Assembly (NCBI GenBank): GCA_033442325.1
Contig: JAWQFM010000025.1
Coordinates: forward strand, 424,638 to 488,637
Direction: 5' to 3'
From: Salpingoeca rosetta
Lineage: Eukaryota; Protista; Choanoflagellata
Length of the DNA: 64,000 nucleotides
A program made the position numbers and the translations under genes. Below, in pieces: positions 37,162 to 48,288 of this stretch; within the stretch, counting starts at the first letter, position 1; each line of letters begins with the position of its first letter. A model generated the notes under the pieces. The model searched no databases. It worked only from the letters and a program-made list of their open reading frames with translations, and was not told the DNA's origin.

Positions 37162-38472
37162 TCAGCATGTGCCAGTGTCAACGATGCCCACAGCAGACGC
37201 ATGAAGAGGAAGGGCGTAGATGAGTCCGTTGCTTGCAAGCACGGCACCATACCACGGGTACTGGGTGTCCGCTACTCCCGATAGCTTGTACGTGTTGGTG
37301 GTGTTGGTTGTAGGATCGATGATGAGCATGAACGGTGATCGGGCTGGAAGCGCAACGATGTGACCGTTGCTTGCAAGCACGGCAGTGAACCAGCCTACGT
37401 TGGGTGCGCCCCCAGCAGGCATGAGGATGGTCGTCGTGTCGGTGGCGTTTGTAGCTGGGTCGATGATGAGGACAGGGCCGTCAGTGTAGGGAATGCCGTA
37501 GATGAGGCCGTTGCCAGCAAGCACGCCATTCTGCCACCGGTGCGCATTTCCCACGGCGATGGTATCGACGCTGTTTGTCTCGGGATCCACAACCAGAATG
37601 GATGTCTCAAGAAACGGTAGACCGTAGATTTTACCGTTGCCTGCAAGCACACCAGCGGGCCACGAGTAACGTTCTGAGTCCGGCAGGCTGAGCGTCGTGC
37701 TATCTGTGCTGTTGGCGGCCGGATCGATGATGAGGACGGAGGACGCCCCGTTCGGCATACCGTAGATGTTGCCGTTGGGGGCCAACACGGCATCCACCCA
37801 TTTGGCTGGACTCGTGCTGAAATTGGCGATGCTTGTTGTGTCCAGGGTGTTGGTGACTGGGTCGATGATCAAGACAGAGGTGGCAGTGTACGGTAGCGCG
37901 AAGATGAGGCCGTTTGCAGCCTGCACACCCGTGGACCATTTTCGATCCCCTGGAGGCAGGCCTGCCAGCGTGGTGTTGTCAAGGGTGTTGGTGGCTGGGT
38001 CGACGATGAGCACGGCAAGGGCATCAGTTGGAATGCCGTAGATGAGGCCGTTGTCCGCAAGCACGGCACCGCCCCACTTCAAGCCTTGCTCAGTTCCAGC
38101 AAGCCCACCGAGCGTGGTTTGGTCCACGGTTCTGGTTGGAGGGTAGCGCCGACACAGCGTTGCCTGCAGTGCGCGGATTTTCTTTTCCCGCAAGGATGCC
38201 TGCGCCTGCAAGCTGTCGATGCCATTGCGCTGGAGCACAGTGGCCTGAGCCTGTGCGTCAATGGCGCGCCGCTGCGCGGCAATCGTGGCTTCTTGGTGAC
38301 GAAGCGTGGCCGTCACGTGGACCCCGTTCACAAACACGGGCTCGACCAGTGGATCGCTCGTGTTGATGTGCAGTGCACCAGTGGCGTCGCGCGAAAACGA
38401 CGATTGGCCCTGAGCATTCACGAGGGCACATGCCAAGAAGCCAGCAACCGCAACAACAAGGACGCGATGCAT
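37162..38472 (-). CDS. Secreted stalked 7-repeat beta-propeller-like protein (family copy 2)
   Basis: MHRVLVVAVAGFLACALVNA signal peptide; GALHINTS...PVFVNGVHV; coiled coil; seven WxxxVLAxNGxIYGxP repeats; ends DTGTC*; intronless. Confidence 0.85.
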   Translation of the reverse strand: MHRVLVVAVAGFLACALVNAQGQSSFSRDATGALHINTSDPLVEPVFVNGVHVTATLRHQEATIAAQRRAIDAQAQATVLQRNGIDSLQAQASLREKKIRALQATLCRRYPPTRTVDQTTLGGLAGTEQGLKWGGAVLADNGLIYGIPTDALAVLIVDPATNTLDNTTLAGLPPGDRKWSTGVQAANGLIFALPYTATSVLIIDPVTNTLDTTSIANFSTSPAKWVDAVLAPNGNIYGMPNGASSVLIIDPAANSTDSTTLSLPDSERYSWPAGVLAGNGKIYGLPFLETSILVVDPETNSVDTIAVGNAHRWQNGVLAGNGLIYGIPYTDGPVLIIDPATNATDTTTILMPAGGAPNVGWFTAVLASNGHIVALPARSPFMLIIDPTTNTTNTYKLSGVADTQYPWYGAVLASNGLIYALPLHASAVGIVDTGTC

Positions 38473-38762
38473 GGCGTGGGGGAGGGGGAGGGTTAGGAGG
38501 AGGAGTGGGGGTGGTCTGGCGTGTTGTTGTCTTCTTCGTTGACAGACTTCTTCTCCTCTTCGCACCCACTGCTGAAAATTTGATAATAATTCCAGTAGAA
38601 TTTCCGCAATCGCAAATCGCGACGTGCTTGCAGCTCTTCTTGCCAGTGCGAAGCACGCGCAGCCATCTCAATCATCAATCAATCAACCACAACCCCGCAG
38701 CCGACGACCACACACCCTCACAACAACAACCACCCACCCTACCCACGACAGAGACAACGACG

Positions 38763-40163
38763 ATGGCTCGCGACGTCTGCAAGCCCTTTCTCCTTCTTGG
38801 TCTTCTTCTTCTCCCCTTTCTTGTCAACCCTCCTCACTGTCCTGTAATGGCACAACCATCGTCGCGACAACAACCAACAGCGACACCAACAGTGACAACA
38901 GCGACAGATCAAGACGAACCAAGCAGCGCCACAATCACGCATGACACCACCGGCGCACTGCACATCAACACGAGCGATGTTGCTGCCCAACCGGTGCTCG
39001 TGAACGGCGTGGACGTGCTCCTCACCCTGAGCGCGCAAGCAAGCACAATCGCAGCCCAACAGCAGCGCATACAAGCGCAGGAATCGCAGCTGGCGGAACT
39101 CACACACACCCTGACTGCAGCGCAGCACGCAGTGGAGAAGATCAACGCCTCCATCTGCCGCCGGTTCCCGCAGAACGCAGAAACGGCCCCAATCCCAGGT
39201 ATCAGCGACAGCCGCAGTTTTGAGTGGTCCGGTGGTGTGCGTGTTCCCAATAGCGCGGAGGAAGGGGGACCCGAGCGCATCTACTTCATCCCGTTCAACG
39301 CGGCGTTTGTTCTCATCTTGGATACGGCCACAGAGACGATGGACTCCACCTCGCTGACGTTTAGCAGAGGCAACTCAAAGTGGATGGGCGGCGCGCTCGG
39401 CTCCAACGGCCTCATCTACGGCATCCCGTTCGCAACCGTTTCCGTGCTCATCATCGACCCTGCCACCAACACCGTCGACACAACCACCATGGCTGGCCTG
39501 ACTGCGCAGCTGAACAAGTGGTTTGGTGGCGTTGTCGCCGACAACGAGCTGATCTACGGCATCCCCTGGGATTCGCCGTCAGTGCTCATCATCGACCCTT
39601 CCACCAACACCACGGACACCACCTCCATCGTCGTCCCTGGCGACTACCGTCAGTGGACATCGGGCGCGTTCCACAGCGGCACGGGGCGCATCTACTGCCT
39701 GCCTTCTTCCTCCACCTCCATCCTCATCATCGACACCGCCACGCACGCCGTCGACGTGACCACGCTCGCAAACCTCGGCACCGACATCAACAAGTGGCAC
39801 GGCGCCGTCGTGGCCAACAACGGCCTCATCTACGGCGTCCCGTGGCGAGCCGACGCTGTGCTCATCGTCGACCCAGCGGCCAACACCACAGACACCACCA
39901 CCATGAGCGCGCTAGGCACGGGCACAAACAAGTGGGCGGGCGGCGTGCTGGTGGCCGACGGCCGCATCTTCGCCACGCCAGCTGCCGCCGACTCCGTCCT
40001 CATCATCGATCCAGCCACAGACACGGTGGACACGACGTCCATTGGCGGCCTCGGCGCGAGCGGGGCAAAGTGGCGTAACGGCGTGCTTGCAAGCAACACC
40101 CGCATCTACGCGGCACCTCGGAACGAACCCACCCTCCTCATCATTCAGCCGGGCGTGTGCTGA
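38763..40163 (+). CDS. Secreted stalked 7-repeat beta-propeller-like protein (family copy 3)
   Basis: MARDVCKPFLLLGLLLLPFLV signal; GALHINTS...PVLVNGVDV; coiled coil; seven repeats; ends QPGVC*; head-to-head with copy 2. Confidence 0.85.
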   Translation: MARDVCKPFLLLGLLLLPFLVNPPHCPVMAQPSSRQQPTATPTVTTATDQDEPSSATITHDTTGALHINTSDVAAQPVLVNGVDVLLTLSAQASTIAAQQQRIQAQESQLAELTHTLTAAQHAVEKINASICRRFPQNAETAPIPGISDSRSFEWSGGVRVPNSAEEGGPERIYFIPFNAAFVLILDTATETMDSTSLTFSRGNSKWMGGALGSNGLIYGIPFATVSVLIIDPATNTVDTTTMAGLTAQLNKWFGGVVADNELIYGIPWDSPSVLIIDPSTNTTDTTSIVVPGDYRQWTSGAFHSGTGRIYCLPSSSTSILIIDTATHAVDVTTLANLGTDINKWHGAVVANNGLIYGVPWRADAVLIVDPAANTTDTTTMSALGTGTNKWAGGVLVADGRIFATPAAADSVLIIDPATDTVDTTSIGGLGASGAKWRNGVLASNTRIYAAPRNEPTLLIIQPGVC

Positions 40164-40203
40164 GGTGAGGCGGGGGGGGGGGTGTTGGTGGGTCGGGAAG
40201 GGG

Positions 40204-40296
<93 letters not shown>

Positions 40297-40505
40297 GTTG
40301 TNNNNNNNNNNNNNNNNNNNNNNNNNNNNNNNNNNNNNNNNNNNNNNNNNNNNNNNNNNNNNNNNNNNNNNNNNNNNNNNNNNNNNNNNNNNNNNNNNNN
40401 NNNNNNNNNNNNNNNNNNNNNNNNNNNNNNNNNNNNNNNNNNNNNNNNNNNNNNNNNNNNNNNNNNNNNNNNNNNNNNNNNNNNNNNNNNNCCCCACCCC
40501 ACCCA

Positions 40506-40578
<73 letters not shown>

Positions 40579-40605
40579 CACACACACACACACACGCACG
40601 TGTCT

Positions 40606-41597
40606 CTAACAGCCCGGGTCGATGATGAGGACATTTTGGTGCGAGAAAGGCATTGCGTAAATGAGGCCGTTGGTGGCGACTGCGCCGCCCCACCACTTGC
40701 CGCTGCCGGCCGGGACGGTGAGCGACGTCGTGTCCGTGGTGTTGGTGGCCGTGTCGAAGATGAGAATGTCCTCGGCGTTGTTGGGAATGCCGAAAATCAG
40801 GCCCGTGTCCGTGAGCACGCCATCGAACCACTGCCCGCCGCCGGCGAACCCGGTGATGGAGGTGGTGTCGGCGATGTTGCGGGCGGGATCAATGATGAGC
40901 AGCGACGAGCTGCTCATGGGCACGCCGTAGATGAGGCCGCTGGGTGCGAGGAGGCCCGCGTGCCACTTGTCAACGCCCATCAGACCAGAGATGCTGGTGG
41001 TGTCGGCCGTGTTGGTTGCTGGGTCGATGATGAGGACGGCCTCGGCGTTGCGGGGGATGCCGTAGATGAGGCCGTTGGGCGCCTGCACGCCGCCGTGCCA
41101 CTGAAGCACGCCATTTCCAACCCCGGCGATGGTGGTGTTGTCGAGCGAGTTGGCGACGGGGTCAACAATCAGCACGGATGAAGAGGACCACGGGATGCCG
41201 TAGATGAGGCCGTTGTCCGCGCCCACGCCGCTCAGCCACTTGCCGCCACCGGCCGGCAGCCCCCCGAGCGTCGCTGTGTCTGCGCTGTTGGTGGTAGGGT
41301 CGATGACGAGAACCGAGGTGGCGTCGTGCGGAAAGCCGTAAACCAAGCCGTTGCTTGCAAGCACACCCCCACCCCACTTGGCGCCTGCGCCCAGGCCGGT
41401 GATGGTGGTGGTGTCGGCGGTGTTTGTTTTCGGGTCAATGATGAGCACGGACGTGGAGCGGAAGGGCGTGCCGTAGATGAGCCCGTTGTTGGCCAGGGTG
41501 CCGCCCATCCAATCCTGGTTGCCGGTTCCAACGCCAGCCATGGTAGTGGTGTCCGCTGCCAGGCGACGAAGGAAGCAGGTGAGGCGCTCCTGCTGCT
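40606..41597 (-). CDS. Partial propeller-family gene (copy 4), apparently identical to the 3' part of 45181-46401; 5' end in a gap
   Basis: Contig 40492-41597, flanked by N gaps, matches 45067-46172 (offset 4575), and the translations are identical. It may be a real tandem copy or a collapsed-repeat placement. Confidence 0.55.
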
Positions 41598-42076
41598 NNN
41601 NNNNNNNNNNNNNNNNNNNNNNNNNNNNNNNNNNNNNNNNNNNNNNNNNNNNNNNNNNNNNNNNNNNNNNNNNNNNNNNNNNNNNNNNNNNNNNNNNNNN
41701 NNNNNNNNNNNNNNNNNNNNNNNNNNNNNNNNNNNNNAAGGGAGATAGGGCTTAGGGATGAATGAGTGTGTGAGTACACGCCTCATAGACAAAATGAAAA
41801 GTGAATCACAAGTTAGAAAGATAGAAACCAAGTGCCTAGGTGCGAGGCTCAAGAGTAGTATGCGACTGTCGTTTAGACAATAGCAGGGGGTTCTGTTGCG
41901 GCCGGGCCACCGGGGATCGTGAGGTCAATGGGGCGATGTGTGGCTGTCCCTCATCGTTGTCGGAGGTGGAGGTGGCAGCGGCGGTGGCAGCAGCGCCATT
42001 GTTGTTGTTGTTGCCTGCTGTTGTTTACTGAAAGGTTGCCATATCATTGATAAGTTATCAGCAGCCAACCAACACC

Positions 42077-42122
<46 letters not shown>

Positions 42123-42123
42123 G

Positions 42124-42168
<45 letters not shown>

Positions 42169-42273
42169 GCTCACACACACACACACACAGCGCGCGCACA
42201 CACACACACACACACGCTCACACACACACACACAGCACAGCACACGCCCCCCCCACACACACACAGTCCCGCG

Positions 42274-43063
42274 ATGAGCCGTTGTGACGACAGTGCTTCG
42301 GCGCTCTCCGCTGGCTGGGCTTTGGTGGCGAAGCAGCTGCTGCTGTTGCCCACGACCCAGGACATGGCTCGCCAGGACACCTTTGTGAACCGGAGGTGGA
42401 AGTTCACGAGTCCGGCCGCACCTAGCGTGTCGACGAAAGAGTGTGCCCGGGCGTTCTTCAACCTGATGCTGACCTGTCGACAGCTGTACCACGACCTGCC
42501 CTGGGCCATGCCCAAATGGTGCTTCGTCGACCTGTTTGGAACTGGACTGGAACACGCCCTCACGACCTGGGTCGACACGTTCCAAGCCGGCCTGCTCCCG
42601 CCACCCTTGCCTCGCGGCGACGATGGTGCGGCGTCTTCGACACTCGCGACTGAAGAACTCTGGCTCGAGAACCGGTTCCTCGTGTACTGCTGGCTCGGAG
42701 CAACGTGGAACGGCCAATGCGGCTTCTTGCGCGACAGGCTCCAAGCGTCTGCCGCTCACACCTCAGGCTTCTGGCACGAGTTTGGCAACTACGGCCGCGT
42801 CTGGTACAGCAGTTTAGACGACCTCCAGTCCTGGAACGAATGCGCGCAGCTGGGCAACCTGAGCGACCTGGGCGAGGGGGCTGGACTGGATGAGGAGGGT
42901 GTGGATATTGTGAAGAGAGAGGAGGAGGTGGGTGTAGTGGTGGGGGAGAAGGTGGAGGAAATAGCTGAGGAGATGGAGGAAGAAGTGGTGGAGGAGACAG
43001 GTGAGGAAGAAGTGGTGGAGGAGACAGGTGAGGAAGAAGTGGTGGGTGTGACGGTACAGCAGC

Positions 43064-43095
<32 letters not shown>

Positions 43096-43096
43096 G

Positions 43097-43154
<58 letters not shown>

Positions 43155-44736
43155 GCAACAACAGCAACAACAACAACAGCAACAACAACAACAACAACAA
43201 CTGCAACAGCAACCAGTACCTGCAGCCCCTGCGCTGTTCTCGATTGAGGCGACCCTGAAGAGCCAAGCAGATGCGGACCTGTTGCACGAGCTCCGCACCA
43301 CGCTGCTTGCGCATGCGCGTGGGGACAAGGTGGCCGTTCATGTCAAGGCGCGGCTGTCGTCCCTGTCGATGTGCCGTGTGAATGAGGCACGGATCTGCGC
43401 ATCACGCGCTGCCATCGACCACCTCACGCTTCACGACATTGACCACGCAACGCTCAGCATTCCAAGTGCACAGCACACCCTCGATGGCGATTTCCAGCAC
43501 GTGCGGCGCTGCACCCTTCTAGAGTGCCCCGGGCTCACCGATGTCAGGGCGCTGGCTGGCATCCCCGCTGTGGGTCTGTACGGGGCCACGGCCGTGGGTG
43601 GCATGGATGTGTCGTCACTGGCTGGTGTTGAACGGCTGAAGCTGTGGAACACGAGCGTGGCCAATGTGGATGGTGTTCTGACGGGTGCGCAGGAGGAGGC
43701 TGACCTGGCCAGTGTCGAGCTCAACGCCAGCTCGCTGGCTGCCCGTCGTGTCGCCCTGCGCCGCCTCAAGCACGCGCCGGAAGTGCTTCATCTCCCCAAC
43801 GCCACGCACGTGGAGCTGGTGAATGCCCACACGCACCGGGTCGTGTGCCAGGCGCGCCTGAGGAAGCTGGTCATCGTTGAGGAGAACCGATTTCCCTCGC
43901 CGCTGCCGGAGTTTGAGTATGCGGAGGAGGTGGTGCTGGAGTACGACACTCATCTGACGGCGGAGCAGCTGGCGTACGTTGGCGCGCGCGTCGAGCGGCT
44001 GGTGATTCGGGCCGGCCTCGCCTTCCTGGACGACCTGCGGCACGTGCCGAGCCACGTGCGCGTGTACGCATTCGATGTGCACGGTGTGCGAAGCAGCGCG
44101 CCGGCCCGTGTGCGAATGTTGGGCACGAGCCACCTTGGGTACTACAAGTGCGAGGCGCTCGCTTGCGTACCGCACGTTGCCCTCCGCTACGCCCCGAGTG
44201 GTGGCATGGACAGCCTGCAGCACCTCACCAGCTGCAAGTGTCTCCACCTCTTCCGATGCCCGCTGCGCGAGGACGTCACCGGCTTTCGTGATGTGCGCAT
44301 GCTCTGGTGCCATGGCTACACCGCCATTGCATCCATTGACTCGCTCATCCTCAAGAAGGGCCCAATCCTCGGCTCCCCGCATACCCCACCACATGCACCG
44401 TCGGAAGCACCATTGGATGACGTCGGCAGGAAGAGCCGGCGTGAGGCCCGGAGGCATTTACACGTGTCGCACGTGCGCGACGTTGGGAATTGTCGGCTTG
44501 ACGATTGCACCATCCTCACCTTTGCCTGCCTGCACAACATCCAGCGGCTGGTGCTGTTCCGGTGCACATTTGGCGAGGACGCCCTGCAGGGCATGCCTGC
44601 GGTTGGCTCGCTGGTGCTTCGCGAGTGCACGACACCAGACACGATGTGGGCGTGGCCCGATGTCGCCATTGTGGGCCGCTCGCCACAGGAAGTAATCGCG
44701 CTGCTGCTGGCAGGCCAGACGCGCGCAACACAGTAA
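42274..44736 (+). CDS. F-box-like N-domain / acidic / polyQ / degenerate LRR-like protein (copy B), intronless
   Basis: ATG 42274; N-terminal ~260 aa identical to the 47408 copy; polyQ ~43057-43213; LRR-like LxxLxLxxC segments (LTDVRALAGIPAVGL, LQHLTSCKCLHLFRC, LHNIQRLVLFRC); WAWPD C-terminal cap. Confidence 0.75.
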
Positions 44737-45080
44737 CGTTTGAGTGAGGGGGGGGGGGGGTGTGGGGGGCGGAAAAACGGTGCTATGCATACGTCTTTGA
44801 ACTTTGTTTCTAACATTCCAGACAGACAGCCCCGTCGGGGCGGGAGGCGGGGTGTGCGGGCTGGTTTGGGTTGGTAGCGTGGTTGTGTGTTTCGTCCTAC
44901 CCCAATCTTGACTTCGCACTAGTCGAGGGTAGTATTTCTTTTTTTTCTTTTTTTCTTTTTTTTTTTNNNNNNNNNNNNNNNNNNNNNNNNNNNNNNNNNN
45001 NNNNNNNNNNNNNNNNNNNNNNNNNNNNNNNNNNNNNNNNNNNNNNNNNNNNNNNNNNNNNNNNNNCCCCACCCCACCCA

Positions 45081-45153
<73 letters not shown>

Positions 45154-45180
45154 CACACACACACACACACGCACGTGTCT

Positions 45181-46401
45181 CTAACAGCCCGGGTCGATGA
45201 TGAGGACATTTTGGTGCGAGAAAGGCATTGCGTAAATGAGGCCGTTGGTGGCGACTGCGCCGCCCCACCACTTGCCGCTGCCGGCCGGGACGGTGAGCGA
45301 CGTCGTGTCCGTGGTGTTGGTGGCCGTGTCGAAGATGAGAATGTCCTCGGCGTTGTTGGGAATGCCGAAAATCAGGCCCGTGTCCGTGAGCACGCCATCG
45401 AACCACTGCCCGCCGCCGGCGAACCCGGTGATGGAGGTGGTGTCGGCGATGTTGCGGGCGGGATCAATGATGAGCAGCGACGAGCTGCTCATGGGCACGC
45501 CGTAGATGAGGCCGCTGGGTGCGAGGAGGCCCGCGTGCCACTTGTCAACGCCCATCAGACCAGAGATGCTGGTGGTGTCGGCCGTGTTGGTTGCTGGGTC
45601 GATGATGAGGACGGCCTCGGCGTTGCGGGGGATGCCGTAGATGAGGCCGTTGGGCGCCTGCACGCCGCCGTGCCACTGAAGCACGCCATTTCCAACCCCG
45701 GCGATGGTGGTGTTGTCGAGCGAGTTGGCGACGGGGTCAACAATCAGCACGGATGAAGAGGACCACGGGATGCCGTAGATGAGGCCGTTGTCCGCGCCCA
45801 CGCCGCTCAGCCACTTGCCGCCACCGGCCGGCAGCCCCCCGAGCGTCGCTGTGTCTGCGCTGTTGGTGGTAGGGTCGATGACGAGAACCGAGGTGGCGTC
45901 GTGCGGAAAGCCGTAAACCAAGCCGTTGCTTGCAAGCACACCCCCACCCCACTTGGCGCCTGCGCCCAGGCCGGTGATGGTGGTGGTGTCGGCGGTGTTT
46001 GTTTTCGGGTCAATGATGAGCACGGACGTGGAGCGGAAGGGCGTGCCGTAGATGAGCCCGTTGTTGGCCAGGGTGCCGCCCATCCAATCCTGGTTGCCGG
46101 TTCCAACGCCAGCCATGGTAGTGGTGTCCGCTGCCAGGCGACGAAGGAAGCAGGTGAGGCGCTCCTGCTGCTCAAGTTTGGCTTCCAGGGCTTGGATGGC
46201 GATGCTTTGCTGTTGCGCCAATGATGCCATCTCCCCCAGATCAACGCCGTTGAAGGACACGGAGTCGTTGGCCGGGTTGGTTGTGTTGACGTGCAGCGCC
46301 CCGTACTTGTCCTGCACCATGAACACCTCGGCAAAGCACACACTGATTAAAGCATGCTGAACACACAGGACCGCAACCACAATCACCCACGCGCCGTTCA
46401 T
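45181..46401 (-). CDS. Secreted stalked 7-repeat beta-propeller-like protein (family copy 5, complete)
   Basis: MNGAWVIVVAVLCVQHALISVCFA signal; GALHVNTT...SVSFNGVDL; short coiled coil; seven repeats; ends DPGC*. Confidence 0.85.
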   Translation of the reverse strand: MNGAWVIVVAVLCVQHALISVCFAEVFMVQDKYGALHVNTTNPANDSVSFNGVDLGEMASLAQQQSIAIQALEAKLEQQERLTCFLRRLAADTTTMAGVGTGNQDWMGGTLANNGLIYGTPFRSTSVLIIDPKTNTADTTTITGLGAGAKWGGGVLASNGLVYGFPHDATSVLVIDPTTNSADTATLGGLPAGGGKWLSGVGADNGLIYGIPWSSSSVLIVDPVANSLDNTTIAGVGNGVLQWHGGVQAPNGLIYGIPRNAEAVLIIDPATNTADTTSISGLMGVDKWHAGLLAPSGLIYGVPMSSSSLLIIDPARNIADTTSITGFAGGGQWFDGVLTDTGLIFGIPNNAEDILIFDTATNTTDTTSLTVPAGSGKWWGGAVATNGLIYAMPFSHQNVLIIDPGC

Positions 46402-46482
46402 CGCGATTGTGATGGGGAGGGGAGGGTGTGTGTGTGCTTGTGTGTGTGTGTGTGTGTGTGCTTGTGTGTGTGTGTGTGTGTT

Positions 46483-46558
<76 letters not shown>

Positions 46559-46610
46559 GTGTGTGTTAATGACAGCTTGCTTCTTGTTGTTGTTGTTGTG
46601 TTGTTGTTGT

Positions 46611-46968
46611 GAAGGTTTATTGGGGAAAACTCGCTGAAATCTTACACTGCTCCCAGCGCTCAAAGATGGGGAAGGCAATTGCGGCAAAACAAAGGGCAGC
46701 GGTGCGTATGGGTGAATGTGTGTGAGAGCACGCGCCTCATAGACAGAAAGAAAAGTGAATCAATAGATAGATAGATAGAAACCAAGTGCGAAGGTTTATT
46801 GGGGAAAACTCGCTGAAATCTTACACTGCTCCCAGCGCTCAAAGATGGGGAAGGCAATTGCGGCAAAACAAAGGGCAGCGGTGCGTATGGGTGAATGTGT
46901 GTGAGAGCACGCGCCTCATAGACAGAAAGAAAAGTGAATCAACAGATAGATAGATAGAAACCAAGTGC
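46611..46968. repeat. Near-perfect 179-bp tandem duplication in the divergent intergenic region
   Basis: Unit GAAGGTTTATTGGGGAAAACTCGC...AGAAACCAAGTGC starts at 46611 and again at 46790; one visible mismatch (AATAGATAG vs AACAGATAG). Confidence 0.9.
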
Positions 46969-47211
46969 CTCGGTGCGAGGCTCATGTGTAGTGCTGCGAC
47001 TGTCGCTTAGACAGTTGCAGGGGGCTCTGTTGCGGCCGGGCCACCGGGGCTTCGTGAGGTCACTGGGGCGCTGCGTGGCTGTCCCTCATCGTTGTCGGTG
47101 GTGGCGGTGGCAGCGGCGGTGGCAGCAGCGCCGTTGTTGTTGTTGTTGCCTGCTGTTGTTTACTGAAAGGTTGCCATATCATTGATAAGTTATCAGCAGC
47201 CAACCAACACC

Positions 47212-47257
<46 letters not shown>

Positions 47258-47258
47258 G

Positions 47259-47303
<45 letters not shown>

Positions 47304-47407
47304 GCTCACACACACACACACACAGCGCGCGCACACACACACACACACACGCTCACACACACACACACAGCACAGCACACGCCCCCCCACACACACACAG
47401 TCCCGCG

Positions 47408-48197
47408 ATGAGCCGTTGTGACGACAGTGCTTCGGCGCTCTCCGCTGGCTGGGCTTTGGTGGCGAAGCAGCTGCTGCTGTTGCCCACGACCCAGGACATG
47501 GCTCGCCAGGACACCTTTGTGAACCGGAGGTGGAAGTTCACGAGTCCGGCCGCACCTAGCGTGTCGACGAAAGAGTGTGCCCGGGCGTTCTTCAACCTGA
47601 TGCTGACCTGTCGACAGCTGTACCACGACCTGCCCTGGGCCATGCCCAAATGGTGCTTCGTCGACCTGTTTGGAACTGGACTGGAACACGCCCTCACGAC
47701 CTGGGTCGACACGTTCCAAGCCGGCCTGCTCCCGCCACCCTTGCCTCGCGGCGACGATGGTGCGGCGTCTTCGACACTCGCGACTGAAGAACTCTGGCTC
47801 GAGAACCGGTTCCTCGTGTACTGCTGGCTCGGAGCAACGTGGAACGGCCAATGCGGCTTCTTGCGCGACAGGCTCCAAGCGTCTGCCGCTCACACCTCAG
47901 GCTTCTGGCACGAGTTTGGCAACTACGGCCGCGTCTGGTACAGCAGTTTAGACGACCTCCAGTCCTGGAACGAATGCGCGCAGCTGGGCAACCTGAGCGA
48001 CCTGGGCGAGGGGGCTGGACTGGATGAGGAGGGTGTGGATATTGTGAAGAGAGAGGAGGAGGTGGGTGTAGTGGTGGGGGAGAAGGTGGAGGAAATAGCT
48101 GAGGAGATGGAGGAAGAAGTGGTGGAGGAGACAGGTGAGGAAGAAGTGGTGGAGGAGACAGGTGAGGAAGAAGTGGTGGGTGTGACGGTACAGCAGC

Positions 48198-48229
<32 letters not shown>

Positions 48230-48230
48230 G

Positions 48231-48288
<58 letters not shown>

